Assembly: GCF_009914755.1 (NCBI RefSeq)
Contig: NC_060940.1
Length of the DNA stretch: 64,000 bases
DNA from: the human T2T-CHM13v2.0 reference genome, Homo sapiens
Reading direction: 5' to 3' (one strand)
The position numbers and the translations under genes are program-made. The notes below the pieces were generated by a model. That model was not told where the DNA came from. It did no database searches and worked only from the letters and a program-made list of their open reading frames with translations. Shown here one piece after another: positions 26,696-42,230 of the stretch; the first letter of the stretch is position 1, and every line of letters begins with the position of its first letter.

Positions 26696-26885
26696 TTATT
26701 AGCTCATAGTAAGACAGAAAGTGACAGGAAAGGGCTCCCTCTTTGGGGGTAGGGTGATCTTCACCCAAAATGCCAAAGTGGTCGGCCATGTGCAGATCTG
26801 GGTATAAAAAGTCCAAATGGAGAAAATGGCAAGTGCAAGGTCCTGAGACAGGAATGAGCTGGGTGTGTTGAAGAAACAGAATAAG

Positions 26886-27183
26886 GGACAGGTGTGTTTG
26901 CTCACCCCTGTAATCCCAGCACTTTGGTAGGGTGAGGTGGGAGGATCAGTTGAGGCCAGGAGTGCAAGAGCAGCCTGGGCAACACAGTGAGATTCTGCCT
27001 CTACAAAAACTTTAAAAATTAGCCCAGCATCGTGGTGCATGCCTGTAGTCCCAGCCACTCAGGAGGCTAAGGCAGGAGGATCACTTGAACCCAGGAGTTG
27101 GAGGCTGCAGTGAGCTGTGATCACATCACTGCACTCCAGCCTGGGGAACAGAGTGAAACTCCATCTCTTAAAAAAGAAAGAAA
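26886..27183 (+). mobile_element. AluJ SINE
   Basis: Dimeric Alu, J-type diagnostics. Confidence 0.95.
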
Positions 27184-28179
27184 CAGGATGAACACCTCCA
27201 TGACAAAATGAGAGTCAACATGGAAGAAAGATAGGTAGGGCTCAGATCATGTAAGGCCTTGAAGATTAAAAAGTTTGAATTTTATTCCAAGTACAATGGA
27301 CAGACATGGGGGGATTTAAAGCTCAGGAGTGATACGTTCTGCAGTTTAGAAAGCTGGTTCTAGTTGTCCAGTGAAGAAAGGATGGAAGCAGGGAGGTCTT
27401 GTTAGGAAGTTTCATCATAGTGCAGTTGAGAGGTGACAGTGCCTTGGACTAAGGAGGTTTCAGAGGAGACAGAATTGGATGGATCATGAATAATGTTGGA
27501 GACAGAGGCAGCAGGACTTGCTGATGTATTAGATATGAGTGAGAGAAAGCAACGAAGCAAAGATGACTTCCTGATTTGGGGCTTCCACAACAGAAAGGCC
27601 ATTGGTGCCATTTATTGGAAAGGGGAAGGGGGAAGTGTAGGCAATTTATGGGAAGACATTACACAAAAAAAATTCCAGGTGCAGGTTAATAATAAAGCCA
27701 TTGAGATAGGAAAATCCAGCATGCATTTGAGCATCTGCTATTAGTCTAATGGGGTTGGAGTGCAAGGTATGTCGGGGTGTGAAGAAGTTGTTCAACAGGA
27801 CGAGACACACAGAGAAAATCGGGTTTGAGAGGGGAATATAATTGAGTCTGTGTTGGGCGTATTAAGTTGGAGATGATGAAGTGGCACTTGGTGGAAAGCA
27901 CTTTTTGCAATTAAAAGTGCTTATCTGGAGTTCCAGAGAGGACTAAAGGCTCCACACAGCTGGCTGGTGGTTAAAGTTATGAGCATGGCAGGCAGACTTG
28001 AGTGATAAGAATGACTGAGAGTGGGGTCCTGAAAAATAGTGTTTCAGGGTAGGGAAAGAAGGAAATGTGAAAGGATTCTTCTGGGTCAGGGAAAATCACG
28101 ACAGCTCAGGATCATGAAAGCCAGAAGAGGAGAGAAAGACTTTTGCAAGCTACAACCTTCTATTATTAAGAATAGTGAT

Positions 28180-28522
28180 TGGGGCACAGTGGCTCACACC
28201 TGTGCTCATCCCTGTGCACACCTGTGCTTGGCACATTGGGAGGCCAAGGCAGGAGGATCGCTTGAGGCCAGAAGTTTGAGACCTGCCCGGACAACATAGC
28301 AAAACTCTGTCTCTACAAAAAAATTTTAAAATTAACCCAGCACAGTGGCATGCCTGTAGTCCCAGCCACTCAGGAGGCTGAGGTGGGAGGATTGCTTGAG
28401 CCCAGGAGTTCGAGGTTGCAGTGAGTGAGCTATGATTGTACCACTGCACTCCAGCCTGGGCAACAGAGTGAGGCCTTACCTCTAAAATAAAAAAAAAAAA
28501 AAAAAGAAAAAAAGGAAAAAAA
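28180..28522 (+). mobile_element. AluJ SINE
   Basis: Dimeric Alu; local CACACCTGTGCT micro-duplication at 5' end. Confidence 0.95.
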
Positions 28523-29056
<534 letters not shown>

Positions 29057-29061
29057 TTAAG

Positions 29062-29940
29062 ATGGTGGTTCCCAAACTTTTCATGCAGGTAAATCACCAG
29101 AGAGCTTGTTAAGCTGCAACCCCCACTCTTGAGATTCTGATTCAGAAGGTGGAGCCCATGAATCTGCATTTCTTTTTTAAATTTTTTTATTTCAATACTT
29201 TTTGAGTTTTGGTTTTGGTTACCTGGATGAGTTCTTAGTGGTGATTTCTGAGATTTTAGTGCATCTGTCACCTGAGCAGCGTACACTGAAACGAATATGT
29301 GGTCTTTTATCCCTAACCCCGCATCCAAACCTTCCTCCCCACAAGTCCCCAAAGCCCATTATATTATTCTTATGCCTTTGCATTCTCATAGCTTAGCTCC
29401 CACTTATAAGTGAGAACAGACCATATTTGGTTTTCCAGTCCTGAGTTACCACTCAGAATAATGACCTCCAACTCCATCCAAGTTGCTGCAGAAAGCATTA
29501 TTTTGTTCCTTTTAATGATTGAGTAGTATCCCACACTGTATATATACCACCTTTTCTTTATCCACTTGTTGATCGATGGGAACTTAAGTTGGTTCCATAT
29601 CTTTGCAAATGTGAATTGTGCTGCTGTAAGCACATGTTATGCGTGTCTTTTTTAGATAATGACTTATTTCCCTTTGGGTAGATACCCAGTAGTGGGATTG
29701 CTGGATCAAATGGTAGTTCTACTTTTAGTTCTTTAAGGAATCTCCATACTGTTTTCCACAATAGTTGTACTAATTTACATCCCCACCAGCAGTGTAAAAG
29801 TGTTCCCTTTTTATCACATCCACACCAACATCTACTGTTTTTTGACTTTTCAAATTATGGTCAATGAATCTGCATTTCTAACAAGCTTCCAGCTGATGCT
29901 GACACTTCAGGGTCTACAGACCCCACTTTGAGTTGCACTG
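29062..29940. mobile_element. MER5A split by L1PB
   Basis: GTGGTTCCCAAACTT...AATCACC; resumes GAATCTGCATTTCTAACAAG...CACTTTGAG. Confidence 0.8.
29174..29863 (-). mobile_element. L1PB 3' end
   Basis: TTTATTTCAATA...GTAGATACCCAGTAGTGGGATTGCTGGATC; 16-bp TSD ATGAATCTGCATTTCT. Confidence 0.92.
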
Positions 29941-30009
29941 TCTTAAGCCATCCTGGATTGAAAAGCTGACTTTTGTAAGCCAGGCTCTGGAGTTGTACTA
30001 AGATAATAA

Positions 30010-30225
30010 AAATAATGGTGAATATTTATTGGGCTTTTACTATGTGTAGTCACTGCCAAGTGCTTCCTAGGCATTATCTTATTTAATCCTAACATAATAC
30101 TATGAGGGAGGCACAATTATTAGTCCCATTTGTTCTCAGAGAGAATAAGTAATTTGCCAAATGTTACACAGCTTTGGCAGCCCTGGGGTTGCAACACAGG
30201 CTGTCCTCTTTCAAGCCTGTGATCT
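30010..30225 (-). mobile_element. MIR SINE
   Basis: ATTATCTTATTTAATCCT...CCCATTT...AAGTAATTTGCCAAATGTTACACAGC. Confidence 0.75.
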
Positions 30226-30659
30226 CAGCCAATGTTGCTCTCAGCTGCCCACACAGGTGGGACTTGCCCAGAATGCAGCACCTTGAGAATTATGCCAGCC
30301 CCACCAAGTGTCCCTGAGACCTCTCATGATGGAAAATGGCTACCTGTCCCTTGCAACAATGGTTCTCAGTCATTTCCTTCCATTGACACACCCCAGATGG
30401 AATTCACGGTATTCTTCCACTGAGACAACAAAGTTTCTACTTTGCCCATGGGTGAAATGTAAAAGAAACTTGAAGCAACTGTAAATCGCAACTCACAAGC
30501 AGTATAATAATTCCCAGCTATCACAGGTAAGAAAACAATGGAACAGTAACAATCGATCATTATGAGCTATCACCAAGACAAGATCGTCTGCAGGTGCATG
30601 TAATTCTTAATACACTAACTGTGATGCAACGGAGTGAGAGCAAAGAATTATGAACACTG

Positions 30660-30988
30660 TCTTTCTTTCTTTTCTTTTTCTTTTTTTGAGACAGAGTCTC
30701 ACTCTGTGGCCCAGGCTGGAGTGTAGGAGCACAATCATGGCTCACTGCAGCCTCGACCTCCCTAGGCTCAGGTGATCCTCCCACCTCAGCCTCCCAAGTA
30801 GCTGGGACTAAAGGCATGTGCCACCATGCCAGGCTAATTTTTGTATTTTTTGTAGAGACAGCAGTCTCACTATGTTTCCCAGGCTGGTCTCAAACTCCTG
30901 GGCTCAAGTGATCCACCCACCTCAGTGAGTTACTGTTTAATCCCAAAGTGCTAGGATTACAGACAAGCATAAGCCACTGTGCCCAGCC
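30660..30988 (-). mobile_element. AluJ SINE
   Basis: Antisense Alu with a short non-Alu insertion near 30926-30940. Confidence 0.95.
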
Positions 30989-31387
30989 AAATGTAATCTT
31001 AAACCCATTCTAATTTGGGGAGTTGGAAAGTAAATCAGTTGAAGACCTCATCTCTCTCCACCTGGTTGACATCTGTGTTTTTGCATACCTGGCATTCATT
31101 CCACCTCCAATTTTGCCTGAGAAATAAGTTCTCCCTCCTTCTAATGTGTTTTGGGAAGAGCTGACTCCAGTCCTGGTCTTGGAGATGAGCATTTAACCCA
31201 TGCTTGGCTAATCAAACCATGATATGCCCCCAGCCAGACTATTGCTTCCAGGTTGGGAATCTGACTCCATCAGAGCCTGTCAGGCTCAGTTTGGAGACTC
31301 TTGTCGGAGACTCTTGTCAGAGACTCTGTCTCTTGCTCTTACAGCTGGGAGGAAGTGGGCCCGGAACTACTGAGATACACACAGAGA

Positions 31388-31522
31388 GATTGGGTGGCCA
31401 TGTAATGTATCATCCAAATCAGGACACTTTTGAGAGCAAAAGGGAAACTATTAATAATTATGCTGGACAGCAGACAAAAAATGGAACTGTGTCAGGCAAA
31501 CTGGAGTGACTGGTAGTCCTAC
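31388..31522. mobile_element. MER94-like hAT-Blackjack element
   Basis: GGGTGGCCAT...CAGGACACTTTTGAG...TGGTAGTCCTA. Confidence 0.6.
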
Positions 31523-31564
31523 CCATGAGATTTGCTCACAGCTAGTAAGTCAGAGCTCAAAAAT

Positions 31565-32045
31565 AGAAACTTTATTTGCAATAGCCAAAAGGTGGGATCA
31601 ATTCAAGTGTCCATCAGTGGATGGATGAGTAAACAAAATGTGGTCTACCCACACAATGGAACATTACTCAGCCTTAAAAAGGAAGGGAAATCTGACACAT
31701 GCTACAACATGGATGAAAATTCAGTACCTTATGCTACATGAAAGAAGCCAGTCATAAAAGAGCAAATACTGGATTATTCCACTTAGATGAGGTACCTAGG
31801 GCAGTCACACTCATAAGGACAGAAAATAGAACGGTGGTTGCCAGGGGCTGGAGGAAGGGGGAATAGATAGTTATTGTTTAATGGGTATAGAGTTTCAGTT
31901 TGGGAAGATGAAAAAGTTCTCGAGATGGATGGTGGTGATGGTTGCACAACAATGTGAATGTACTTAATGCCACTGAACTCTGCACTTAAAAGTTAAAATC
32001 ACAAGTTTTGTTATGTGTGTTTTACCACAATTAAAAATGTTAAAG
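31565..32045 (+). mobile_element. L1MB (about MB3) 3' end
   Basis: AATAGCCAAAAGGTGG...GATGGTTGCACAACAATGTGAATGTACTTAATGCCACTGAAC. Confidence 0.9.
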
Positions 32046-32121
32046 ATAGTAAAAACATTAACATATATTTTTCCTAATAAATATACAGGTTTTAAAAAAC
32101 AGAAACTGGGTCTTGATGATA

Positions 32122-32770
32122 GTTTTTTAAATTAGCTATTTTGAAACAATGTTAGAGTCACAGAAAAGTTGCAAAGAAAGCGCACAGAGTTCCCTGACAG
32201 CCCTCACCCTGTTTTCACTATTGTTAATATCTTACATTACCACGGCACATTCATTGCAACTAAGACACCAACACTGGTGGATTGCGATTAACTAAACCCA
32301 CACTTTCCTCAAATTTCACTCCCTTTTCCACTAATGACATTTTCCGTTATGGGAGCCAACCCTGAAGACCACACTGCATTTAGTTGTCACATCTTGGTCT
32401 GCAACAGTTTCTCAGTCTTTCCTTGTTTTTCAAGGCATTGAGAGTTTTATAGAGTCTTGATCATGTAGTAAATGAACTTTCCCTCAATTTGGATTTGTCT
32501 GATGTTTTTCTCATGATTAGACCTGGAGTTATTGGCATGGGGAAGAACACTACAGAAGTGAAGTGCCCTCCTGATCACATTATAGCAGGGGCTGCATGTT
32601 GTCAAAATGATTTATCACTGGTGATGTTAACCTTCATCACCTGGCCAGTGTTGGCCAGGTTTCTCAACTATAAAGCCACTTTGTTTTTTCCCCTTCCCAT
32701 ACTTCATTCTTTGGAAGCAAGTCCCCAGATCCAGCCTATGCTCAAGGGAGGGGGGTAATTAAACTCCACA
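32122..32770 (-). mobile_element. L1MC-type 3' end
   Basis: CACAGAAAAGTTGCAAAG...TTGGATTTGTCTGATGTTTTTCTCATGATTAGAC. Confidence 0.8.
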
Positions 32771-33345
32771 TTTTGGTTAATGATAGTTTTGAGCCCCTGG
32801 ATCGACCTATACCTGAAGCCAAGCACTTCCAGCCTTCTCCGTTACCTGAGTCAGTATGTTCTTTTATTTTAATGAGTTTAAAATGAAAGACACCTAACTC
32901 TTTTTTCCTTCCAGTCCGTCTTCCATGCAGAAGCCACCATGATTTTTTTAAGTGAATATATGACAAGTTCTCAGAACTACCACTAGGTCATAGCCTATTT
33001 GTACAGTCTGCATGATGAACATCCTTTGAGGTCTCTAACTGATGTAGCCCTGAGGCTTCAACCCCATCTGTCTCTCTGGGATAATATATTCTGTTGACCC
33101 AACCCTGTCAGGGAAGTAGTCTATTTAGACTTGCTGTTTTACCACACTTGAAGAGCTTAAATGCCCAGAAGTATTTATAGACACGATCTCTATCAAGGGA
33201 GAAAGGGGGACACTTTGTCAATCTCAGTGACCCAAATTTGAGGTTAGTGATCTTGCTGGGCTGTTAAGTTCAATCTTGCAAGTCTGTGCATTTCACAGTA
33301 ATGAGAGGAGTCCTGAAATATTGGAACATCCAGTTCCTTGATTTG

Positions 33346-33386
33346 TCCATCCATCCATCCATCCATCCATCCATCCATCCATCCAT
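33346..33386. repeat. (CCAT)n microsatellite at an L2 tail
   Basis: Direct reading. Confidence 0.9.
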
Positions 33387-34112
33387 TCAGTGAATATTCA
33401 CTGATTTTCTGTTATGTGTCAGGGACTATGCCAGGCTCAGGGAAAGCAATAGCGAAGAAAACAAAGTCACTACCCTCGTGGGTCTTATTGCTAGTGGGTA
33501 AACAGATGATAAAGCAGTAAACAAGAAAATAAACTAGATAGTTTCAGATAATAAACACCACAAGGAAAATAACACAGAGAACTGATAAGAGAGTAAGTGA
33601 TGAGGGAGGTGAAAAGACAATTTTACTTGGGATTTCAATGGAAGATGTCTCTAAAAAGCAAAATGAGGAAAGGAACCAGTTACGAAAAACACCAGGGGAA
33701 GATCTTTCCGAGCAGATGGAACCGCAATGCAAAAGCCAGAAGGCAAGAAAGAGCTTGGTATGCTCAGGAAATAAGCAAGAAGCCAGTGAGGCTATAGCAC
33801 AGTGAGTAGGGAGAAGGGTAGTGAAAGATTATGGTGAAGAAGTAAGCAAGGGTCAGATCATGTAGGACCCTTGTAGCCATGGAAACGAGTAGTTGCAAGG
33901 AAGGGAGTGACATGATCCAATTTATGTTTTTTAAAGACCTCTCTGGCTGCTCGGTAGAAAATGAATTGTGAGATGTCAGATTGAAAACAAGGAAGACCAG
34001 CTAGCTGTCTCTGCAGCCCAGGCAAGAGATGATGGGGACTAGATCCAGGGTGGTGCTTATAGACAAGAAGAGAAGTAGGCATATTTTAGTTTCATTTTGG
34101 ATAAAAGGACTT

Positions 34113-34493
34113 TGTATTAGTACATTCTCACACTGCTATAAAGAACTACCTGAGATTGGGTAATTTATAAAGAAAAGAGATTTAATTGACTCACAGTTCC
34201 ACATGGCTGGGGAAGTCTTAGGAAACTTACACTCGTGGCAGAAGGGCAAAGGGGAAGCAAGCATGTCTTCATGTTGGTGGCAGGAGGGAGAGAGAATGAA
34301 GGGAGAAGTATTACACAATTTCAAACAACCAGATCTCATAAGAACTGTATCACAAGACAGCACTAGAGGGATAGTGCTAACCATTAGAAACCACCCCCAT
34401 GATCGAATCATCTCCCAAGAGGCCCCACCTCCAACAACTGGAATCACAATTCAACATGAGATTTGGGTGGGGATGCACAGCCAAACCACATGA
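34113..34493 (-). mobile_element. THE1 (about THE1D) solo LTR
   Basis: TGTATTAGT...GAGATTTGGGTGGGG; perfect TSD GACTT. Confidence 0.9.
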
Positions 34494-35072
34494 GACTTGT
34501 TGGTAAATTAGAAGTGAAGAAATAATTAAGACTGAGTCAGGTTTTGGCTTTGGTGATGGCACCATTACCTGCATTGAATGGACTGGGGGGTGCAGAGCTT
34601 CATTTTGGATATATTTGTGACATCGGTAAGTGAATAATGAAGCCAGGGCATCTGCTGCAAGTAGAGGTCAGGAGAGGGAGGGATGAAGGAGATTTGAGAA
34701 GAGACAAAAATATATGAAATAATAATCTCAGAGAGGAGAAAAGCAAATTTAACCAGATAAATGTGTTAAGGTTTCTGGGGAGCATTATATGTCCATTTGA
34801 AATGTGTGACCATGAAGTGAAAGTAAAGCAAGGCTTCACACACCAGAAAATCCAGATGTGTGATTTTCTGCTGTAATATTCAATTGCATGGGTACAGACC
34901 AATGGTTTGGTCCAAACAGTAATGAGTTTTTTTCTAGATGAAAAAGTAAAGAGTGGAGGACACTCTTGGAATACTATGATGATAGTAATGGGATATGGAA
35001 TCTACACTGGATAAGAATGAATAGAAGGACATTGGACAGGATAGATGAAACCTAATTAAATCAACAGACTAC

Positions 35073-35625
35073 AGCTTCTCTGTCCAATATGGTAGCCACT
35101 AGCTACGTTGAACACTTGACATGTGGCTGGTCTGGATTGAGATGTGCTGGAAGTATAAAGTACATGGATTTCAAAGACTTAGTATAAAAAGAATAAAATG
35201 TAAAATATCTCATGAATAATTTAATATTGATTATACATTGATAATATTTTGGATCTATTAAGTTAAATAAATTATATTATTAATTTTAACTGCTTATTTT
35301 ACATTTCTTTTTTTTTTTTTTTTTTTTTTTGAGACGGAGTCTCACTCTGTCACCCAGGCTGGAGTGCAGTCGCGCGATCTCGACTCACTGCAAGCTCCGC
35401 CTCCTGGGTTCACGCCATTCTCCTGCCTCAGCCACCTGAGTAGCTGGGACCACAGGCGCCCACCACCACACCCAGCTAATTTTTTGTATTTTTAGTAGAG
35501 ATGGGGTTTCACGGTGTTAGCCAGGATGGTTTCAATCTCCTGACCTCGTGATCCACCTGCCTCGGCCTACTAGAAAATTTTAAACGACATGTGTGGCTTG
35601 CATTATATTATTGGATAAGGCTGAA
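35073..35625. mobile_element. MER33/MER3-like hAT-Charlie element, interrupted by AluY
   Basis: CTGTCCAATATGGTAGCCACTAGC...TACTAGAAAATTT...TTGGATAAGGCTG. Confidence 0.8.
35304..35567 (-). mobile_element. AluY, 5'-truncated
   Basis: Y diagnostics GCAAGCTCCGCC, CACGCCATTCTCC, GTGTTAGCCAGGATGG. Confidence 0.9.
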
Positions 35626-35953
35626 CTAAAGGTCTTACTGGGTTGGGGAAATGTTTAGGGTGAAGACTATCACAGAAGGAGAGTGGTCAGAGAGTGGGAG
35701 ACTTGAAATCCAGATTTCAGGGGTTGTACAGTTACCACCAATGGCGAGGTCCAGGATGTGGCTATGGAAAGAGTGGGCTGGTCGGGGAAAGATTATGGCT
35801 GGGTGGGAAGGCCCAAGGATGGAGAAATCAAAGGGTTACACGAGTTATCTGTGTAAATGTTGAAATCATCAGAATGATGAGCAACGTGGGGTGGGAAGAA
35901 AGATGGTGGTGACGTAGGCATCAGAGGCTTTAATAATTGAGACGATGATAGAT

Positions 35954-36138
35954 GACCACTTTTAGGAGGAGCAGCTGATGCCATGAACCACTCCGAGGAG
36001 AAGCAGCTGATGCTATAGCTGTTCTGTCCAATATGGCAGCCACTGGACCACTTTGAGGAGGAGCAACTGATGCCATGAACCACTCTGAGGAGAAGCAGCT
36101 GATGCTATAGCTGTTCTATCCAATATGGCAGCCACTGG
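35954..36138. repeat. 92-bp tandem duplication containing a 32-bp sub-repeat
   Basis: GACCACT... units start at 35954 and 36046. Confidence 0.92.
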
Positions 36139-37324
36139 CCATTAAGCACTTGAGATGCAGCTGGTCTGAATTTAGATGAATCTGAGGACTTCACTTGAAA
36201 GGGTCTGGGATTTTATTTTTTAGGTAAAATGGGAAGAAATGTCTTGAAAGTGGCAAAAGCAATGCCTGAGGTACATGGGGTGAGGAGAAAAGCAACCTAC
36301 ACTTGGGAAGGCTGACCTTAAGCCAGTAAGAAGGATAGGGGACTACTAGGTTTAAGCTAAGACAAGAAATGAAAGAAAATGTTTGGAGAAGACATTAGGA
36401 ATGTAGGATGTTTCCTGGTTATAAATTGGGAATTCCATTGGTGACGGAGGAAATAATTGGGGAGGGAAGTGAGGGGAGGCAAGAGGAGTGGGGCAATCAG
36501 AGATGTAGCGAGCACCATGGGTCTAAGGTTCTGAGTGATGACAGAGGCCCTAGGAGACTTCCATCCACTGCTTCTGGAGGTGAGCAATGTCATCAGATAT
36601 GTGTGGCATGATGCTGTTGGTCCTGGAATTCTCCTAGAAACAAGTGGGTAATCAGTTGAAGCCATAGTCCTGAATATTTAGCTTGATGTTTTGGAAGTAA
36701 AGTGACAGTCTTCAGGCATCTGCCATCCTCATTGATTCTGAGGGATGTTTTAAAGCAACAGTAATTAGTAATGATAAAGAAAGAATAATTATTGTAATGA
36801 GAAATATCAGGAATAATTGGAACTTGCAATGACGTTGCTGTTGTGGAGAAGAGTTAGAAAAGACTTCTCATTAAACTAGATCAATGAGGAAGGATATTGG
36901 AAACAATGAGTGAGAATGTCTGTGAATGCATGTCAGAAAAATGCTGCTGATGGAGAATCTAAGAATGCTTACCCAGGAAAATTTGCTTACATAGAGATTT
37001 ATTTCTTTTTTTGGTACTATTTTAGAGATATGTATAGGTTAGTTTATGCACAGAAAAGAATCTGTAGGAATCTGCCCTAGTTAACTAGGCTAGGCCACCA
37101 ACAGGAATTAAATTAAAAGGGGATGGTTACTATTGTCACTACGTATTTCCGTGATGTTAACATTTTTATAACAAATTTATATTACTTTTGTAAACAGAAA
37201 ATATACATCTGTAAATTTTGAAACTGTATATTTTTGAAAATGGAAATATACATATACTGTATAAAAGTTGAAACTATGTGTAAATGTAAATCCTTTCAAA
37301 AGAAATTGGAATTTTTGATAAATA

Positions 37325-37629
37325 CAGGGGTTGGCAAACGTTTTCTGTAAAGGCCCAGATAGTAAATATTTTAGGTTTTAAAGGCCACACAGTCTCTGTT
37401 GCAACTATTCAACCCTGCCACTGTGGCATGAAAACAGCCATAAATAAATGATTAAATATGTATTATTACAGATGCATATAAATTATTAATATATGTGTAT
37501 ATGTATACAATTACATATATGATAAGTAAATTAATGAGCATGGCTGTGTTCCGATAAAAGTTTTTTTTTTTAACAAAAACAGGCAGCGAGCCCAGATTTG
37601 GTCCATAAGCCATAGTTTGCCAACCCCTG
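37325..37629. mobile_element. MER58B-like DNA transposon
   Basis: TIRs CAGGGGTTGGCAAAC / GTTTGCCAACCCCTG. Confidence 0.88.
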
Positions 37630-38099
37630 AAATAATATAATAAACACATAGAACGAACTAGTAACAAAATGAAGGGAAATAAAAAGACAAAAGGCTTAAG
37701 CATTTTTCATGTATGCTGAGTAAGAGTAGTTTAATATAATTCCAGGTGCAATTTGTACCATAAGTTAAAATTTCTAAAGAGAAAAATGTAAAAAGCAAAG
37801 TAGAGGCAATGAAACAATTATTTGGTACAACCTAGACTGACAGATGCTACTGACATTACCCATAAACTTACCTTGGAGCTACTTTGAGGCCAAGGCAAAG
37901 AGGGAAACATGAAAGCTTTCAAAACTGCCATGAGAAGATGAAAGGAAACACCCCAATTTTGCGGGAAAAATGTATTTTGTTATTTTTTGAGCTTCAAGAG
38001 AATATTGTTTTTCTTTGGGTCTTTATTTAGGGTAGGGTGATGAACTCATCTCCCTTTTCCTGGAATAGTCTCTTATCCTAGGAAATCCCTCCATCTCAG

Positions 38100-38475
<376 letters not shown>

Positions 38476-40066
38476 TGAGAAAATTGGTATGGTTGGCCAC
38501 CCTAACTAATTAAGGGACCTTGAGCAATGCAAGGGATGAGTCCTTTAATAATGGTGATTACAAAGTGTACAAAGTTCTTTTACATATGTCCTTTTCTTAT
38601 ACTATCAAAAAATAATGGCCAATGCATCATGTGTCCAACCCTCAAATATTTATAGAGTGCCTACCATGCACCAGGTACTGTAGACACAAAGGTAAATAAA
38701 ATATTTTTTTTCTGTCCAGAGCCAGATACTAAGTGCTGGGAAGTGGAACAGGAGACTGTACCATTGCCTGAGTCGATGAGACCACATGAAGGATAAGGAA
38801 GAAAAAATACTGGATTCAGGAGAAACAATCAATTAAATTAAACTGTGAGCCTCTAACATGCACAGCAGAAAGGGCAATGGGATTGTTGTCATCATCACAG
38901 TGGAAGGGGAACTCTCAAGGAGCAGACACAAGATTCCCTCTGCTGAAATCTAAAAGGTGTTTCTGAAGAACTTCTGAATTGGGAGTCCTGAGATGCAGAG
39001 GCCACCTTCACGCTCAGAATTTGTCTTGGTTCAAGCTGGGGGTGGAGCATCCAAAAGACAATTCAACAGCGACAATCCTGAAGGCCACAAACGGCCGTGG
39101 GCCATCAACATCTTCACATCCATCACCCCATTAGAGGTCCTTACATTTTAAAAAATGACTTAAATTTTAAATTACTCAGATTTTTAGAAATCTAAAAGTT
39201 TCAGAAGGTAATCTGAATTTTGTTAAAAGCCAGAGAACCTGACAAATTGTCCCCCATGGCATAATCAGCCAGACTAAGTACTGGCAACCCCCTTAGAGAG
39301 GAGTCCACGCTCCTGTTTAGTCCCTGATTAATCTCTAATACTGAGGCCGTGGGCCGGTTGCCATTTGCCAAAACACTTGCCAGGTTCTTTAGTTTACACA
39401 CAGCCTGTTTCTCATATTTATGTTAAATTCCAGCCCTAGTATGCATGTCTACTCAAGTTAGTAACCCCTAGACTGAGCTAATGAGCTAAGACATGGTTTC
39501 CTGGTGATCCATGGGACCTGAGGAGAACTCAGGATTCTTAGAGGACTTGGAGCTCTGTAGACCAGATTATAATGGTTTAAGTTCTAACTTCACCTGGGAG
39601 TTGGTGTGTTTTCCATTCCCCACAGAAGCTGTACTTCAAGCTATGTTGATCCCTGCTCACTTTCTCCTTTCTAACATTCTTGCCTCAGTTTTCCTCCAAT
39701 GGAACCCTCTACTTCTGCTTGAGGAACAGTCATTGCCCTTAATATCAGCTCCCCACCAGACCATAAGCTCCATGAGGGCATGGACTATCTCTGTTCTGTT
39801 GCCTGCCAGATCCTGAGCAACTGGCAATAGAAGTTCTTAATAAACATGGCTGGATGAGTAAATAAAGTGTCAGTCCTTTAACCAAGACTAATTCATCTTC
39901 CTGGCTCTTACTCCTACCACCCCGCCCCCTCCCCCCCACAACAAGAACCCTTGAACACCTGGTCACAGTGAGGTTCTTCTCCTAAATCCAGCATCAAGAG
40001 ATCACCTTCCCTTCCCATTGAGGAAAGGTGAAGGTTAAACATTCTAAGATAAAAGGGGCTGTAGAT

Positions 40067-41012
<946 letters not shown>

Positions 41013-41258
41013 CAACTTATCATCACCAGGTTTTGTTTAATAGAGAAAGAGATTTGGGATGATCAAGAGGTGAAAAGCTGCCCACCTCTGGAGGACAAAG
41101 ATGAGATGACACAAGCCAGGGCACGTTTTTTCCAGAATTGCTGCCCATCTGTTGTGGATCTCAGATCCCCAAAGGTGACTGAGAATTCCTTTATAAGCCC
41201 CTTCCACACAAGACAACCTGGGCACCAATGTGTAGCCAAGCCTGGGAGGAGAGGACAC

Positions 41259-41979
<721 letters not shown>

Positions 41980-42230
41980 GACAGAGATGCAAACATGTTA
42001 CATGATAGGTGATACAGGCTAAGGGAGCCACTGAGGTCTGTGACAAGTCAGAGAGGACCCTGGGTTTCTGTAGTGCCCCAGGAGCTTCCCTGACTCTCAG
42101 ATGCTCTATAGTGCTTGACACACCTCAACACAGTTATGTAACCTGAATGTCCCGGGGCCTCAGGGCACAAAATGAGGTCACATAAGTATTTATACCCATG
42201 ATTTACTTGTTCAGATCCCTTCTTATTGAC

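Larger units (their letters stand above)
26460..27660 (-). mobile_element. L2 remnant interrupted by a polypurine tract and an Alu
   Basis: ATTCAACTATTTATT tail; GTGCAAGGTCCTGAG; GCAGGACTTGCTGATG. Confidence 0.65.
33385..36700 (-). mobile_element. Long fragmented L2 LINE with younger insertions
   Basis: L2 3' motifs 33385-34110; degenerate purine-rich L2-like body continues between THE1, MER33 and Alu insertions. Confidence 0.6.

Noticed and set aside
31292-31330. 13-bp triple repeat (also 17-bp at 42998-43028 and 12-bp at 24472-24499)
   Set aside because: Ordinary slippage micro-duplications.
35954-36138. CRISPR-like repeat-spacer appearance
   Set aside because: Simple nested tandem duplication in eukaryotic DNA; spacers are not unique and there are no cas genes.
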